Shown here piece by piece: positions 61,976 to 64,000 of a stretch of DNA of 64,000 nucleotides. The notes under the pieces are model-generated. The model made no database searches. It saw only the letters and a program-made list of their open reading frames with translations, and was not told the DNA's origin. Both the position numbers and the translations under genes were made by a program. This DNA is from Eledone cirrhosa (Eukaryota). Location: contig OZ024755.1 in the NCBI GenBank assembly GCA_964016885.1, positions 27,838,001 through 27,902,000 of the forward strand, given 5' to 3'. Numbering within the stretch: the first letter of the stretch is position 1; the number at the start of each line of letters is the position of its first letter.

Positions 61976-62466
61976 TGTGATCTGAAAATATAGAATGGCC
62001 ATAACTGGAATACCTTTGATCGGAGATCTGCTTGTTCAGAGCTGACTCATCTACGAAAATATGAGACACTCTTTCACATTTCACATTCTCGGGAAAAGAA
62101 AATAGTTCACTATGTAAACTAAATATGCTACAACTTATCAACCTTTTGTCGTTATCTGATTTGATAAAATGACAAACTACTACTGATATTTCATTGGTAA
62201 TCTGTTTTACCCATGAGCTTTTACATATACATGTATGGACCTGTGACTCTTAGTGCAGTTGTTCAGGCGCCATAGTGAAATACGACATTTCTTGAGCATT
62301 TTAAGCCTGGCTGAGCTCATTCTTCTCCGGGTCTGAACAAACATTTTCTTCCAGGGATAAGAGAGGGAGTGATACAGAAGTGAGAAAGATATATAGAGGA
62401 AGAATTGACCGGCAGGATTTGAACTCAGACTACAGAGAACCGGAACGAATACCGCAAGACATTCTA

Positions 62467-62661
62467 CAGACCTGCCAACTTCTAAAAACCCAAACGGGGA
62501 GTACCATGAGAAAAAGTGCCTCCAAACGGGGAGAAATGAGGCAAAATGGGGAGATTTTACATAATTAAAGCTATATCAATTTTCACTAGAGAAGACTTCT
62601 CTCACTCACCCCAAAGTGAGTGGGAGATTTCCCCGTCAGATTGGGAGAGTTGACAGGTCTG
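62467..62661. mobile_element. MITE with CAGACCTG(C/T)CAAC terminal inverted repeats; inverted second copy at 63279-63637 split by SINE A
   Basis: cagacctgccaact ... agttgacaggtctg. Confidence 0.7.
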
Positions 62662-63692
62662 CATTCTATCCGACATTCTAACGATTCTGCCAATTCACTG
62701 CCAATTACTTTTACAGAAACGCTTTTGTCTTCCCATTTTCATTTATATCGCTTTCCTATCAAAAGTAAATTGTTCAGAGATTAAATAAATCATATCATCT
62801 GAATGAAAACAATAAATAAATTAATTGTTTCTACTTTAGGCACAAGGCCAGCAATTACCCAGTGCATTACTACTACTTTATTTTATCGACCCCGTAAGGA
62901 TGAAAGGCAAAGTCAACCTCGGTGAAATTAATACTAACAAATTTAAGGTATGGAACTTTAAATATGTTGTTTACAGAATGCTTAACATGTTATCTTTTTT
63001 TTAGGTCTAAAGTGTAACTCTTTTTTCTGGTTGCTGTATTCTGGTTTGTTGTTTTATCTCTAGTCACATTAGTTAGATGTCTTTAAGAGGCAGCGAATGG
63101 ACAAGGCCGTTTGAACGTCGGCTAGAATGCTTTGTGGTATTCGTTCCGGCCCTCTGTATTCTGAGTTCAAATCCCATCGATATCAACTTTGTCTTTCATC
63201 CTATCGAGGTCGATAAAAGAAAAAGCCAGTATAGCGAGTCAAATGTATAAATGAATGGTGTTGTTGTGGTGTTGATTCCAGACCTGTCAACTCTCCCCGT
63301 CAGACGGGGAGATCTCGTACCCACTTTGTGATGGATGAGAGATGTCTTCTCTTCTGGGTGGATTGGCAGTATCGGTAGAGAGTCGGACGCCATGCTTTCC
63401 AGCATAGTTACGTCCCTTTACGGTCTGAGTTCAAATCCCGCCGAGGTTAACTTTGCCTTTCATCCTTACGGGGTCGATAAAATAAAGTACCAGTAATGTA
63501 CTGGGTATTTGCTGGCCTTGTGCCAAAAGTAGAAACAATTATGTAAAAATCTCCCCATTTTGCCTCATTCCTCCTCGTTTTGGGGCACTTTTTTTTCACG
63601 GTACTCCCCGTTTGGGTTTTAGAGGTTGGGAGGTCTGTGATTTGGTTGTTTTATGTGTACTTACTTGTAGATTTATCAGTAATGTGGTCCCC

Positions 63693-63857
63693 CGAGGGCC
63701 ACATGGGTCACATATGTGTTATCTGAGGGCCACATGGGTCACATATGTGTTGTCTGAGGGTCACGTGGGTCATATATGTGTTGTCTGAGGGCCACATGGG
63801 TCACACATGTGTTGTCTGAGGGCCACATGGGTCACATATGTGTTGTCTGAGGGCCAT
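63693..63857. repeat. 31-bp tandem repeat, about 5 copies
   Basis: Unit tgagggccacatgggtcacatatgtgttgtc. Confidence 0.9.
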
Positions 63858-64000
63858 GTTTCTACTTTAGGCACAAGGCCAGCAATTACTCAGTGCATTA
63901 CTGCTACTTTATTTTATCGACCCCGTAAGGTTGAAAGGCAAAGTCAACCTCGGCGGGATTTGAACTCAGATCGTAAAGGGACGTAACTATGCTGGAAAGC

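Overview
AT-rich, repeat-dense animal genomic DNA. The (TA)n/(TG)n density and the SINE/RTE repertoire suggest a mollusc, probably an octopus-type cephalopod (inference). There is no prokaryotic gene organisation and no CRISPR. Main contents: (1) A minus-strand gene with 16 coding exons that I reconstructed by hand (ATG 48413 to TAA 11637, about 835 aa, all GT-AG introns with matching phases). It encodes a signal peptide, two ependymin/LolA-like repeats, a further domain, a Ser/Thr mucin stalk, one TM helix and a short tail with two Yxx-hydrophobic motifs. The ORF track mostly misses it. (2) Two near-identical intact RTE/BovB-type LINEs (APE + RT with an inserted PHD-type finger). (3) A 5'-truncated Penelope-like element (RT + GIY-YIG) whose hammerhead-bearing 3' end is split by the second LINE. 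(4) At least five unrelated hammerhead-ribozyme motifs and many short fold-back elements, mostly next to (TA)n tracts, including a U3-A8 core covariant and a long-stem-II form. (5) Three SINE families, remnants of R4, CRE, CR1, Tx1, RTE and Tc1 elements, MITEs, a U6 pseudogene fused to a SINE, a tRNA-Ala pseudogene and several TE-derived minisatellites. All family assignments come from motif recognition, not database searches, and repeat boundaries are approximate.
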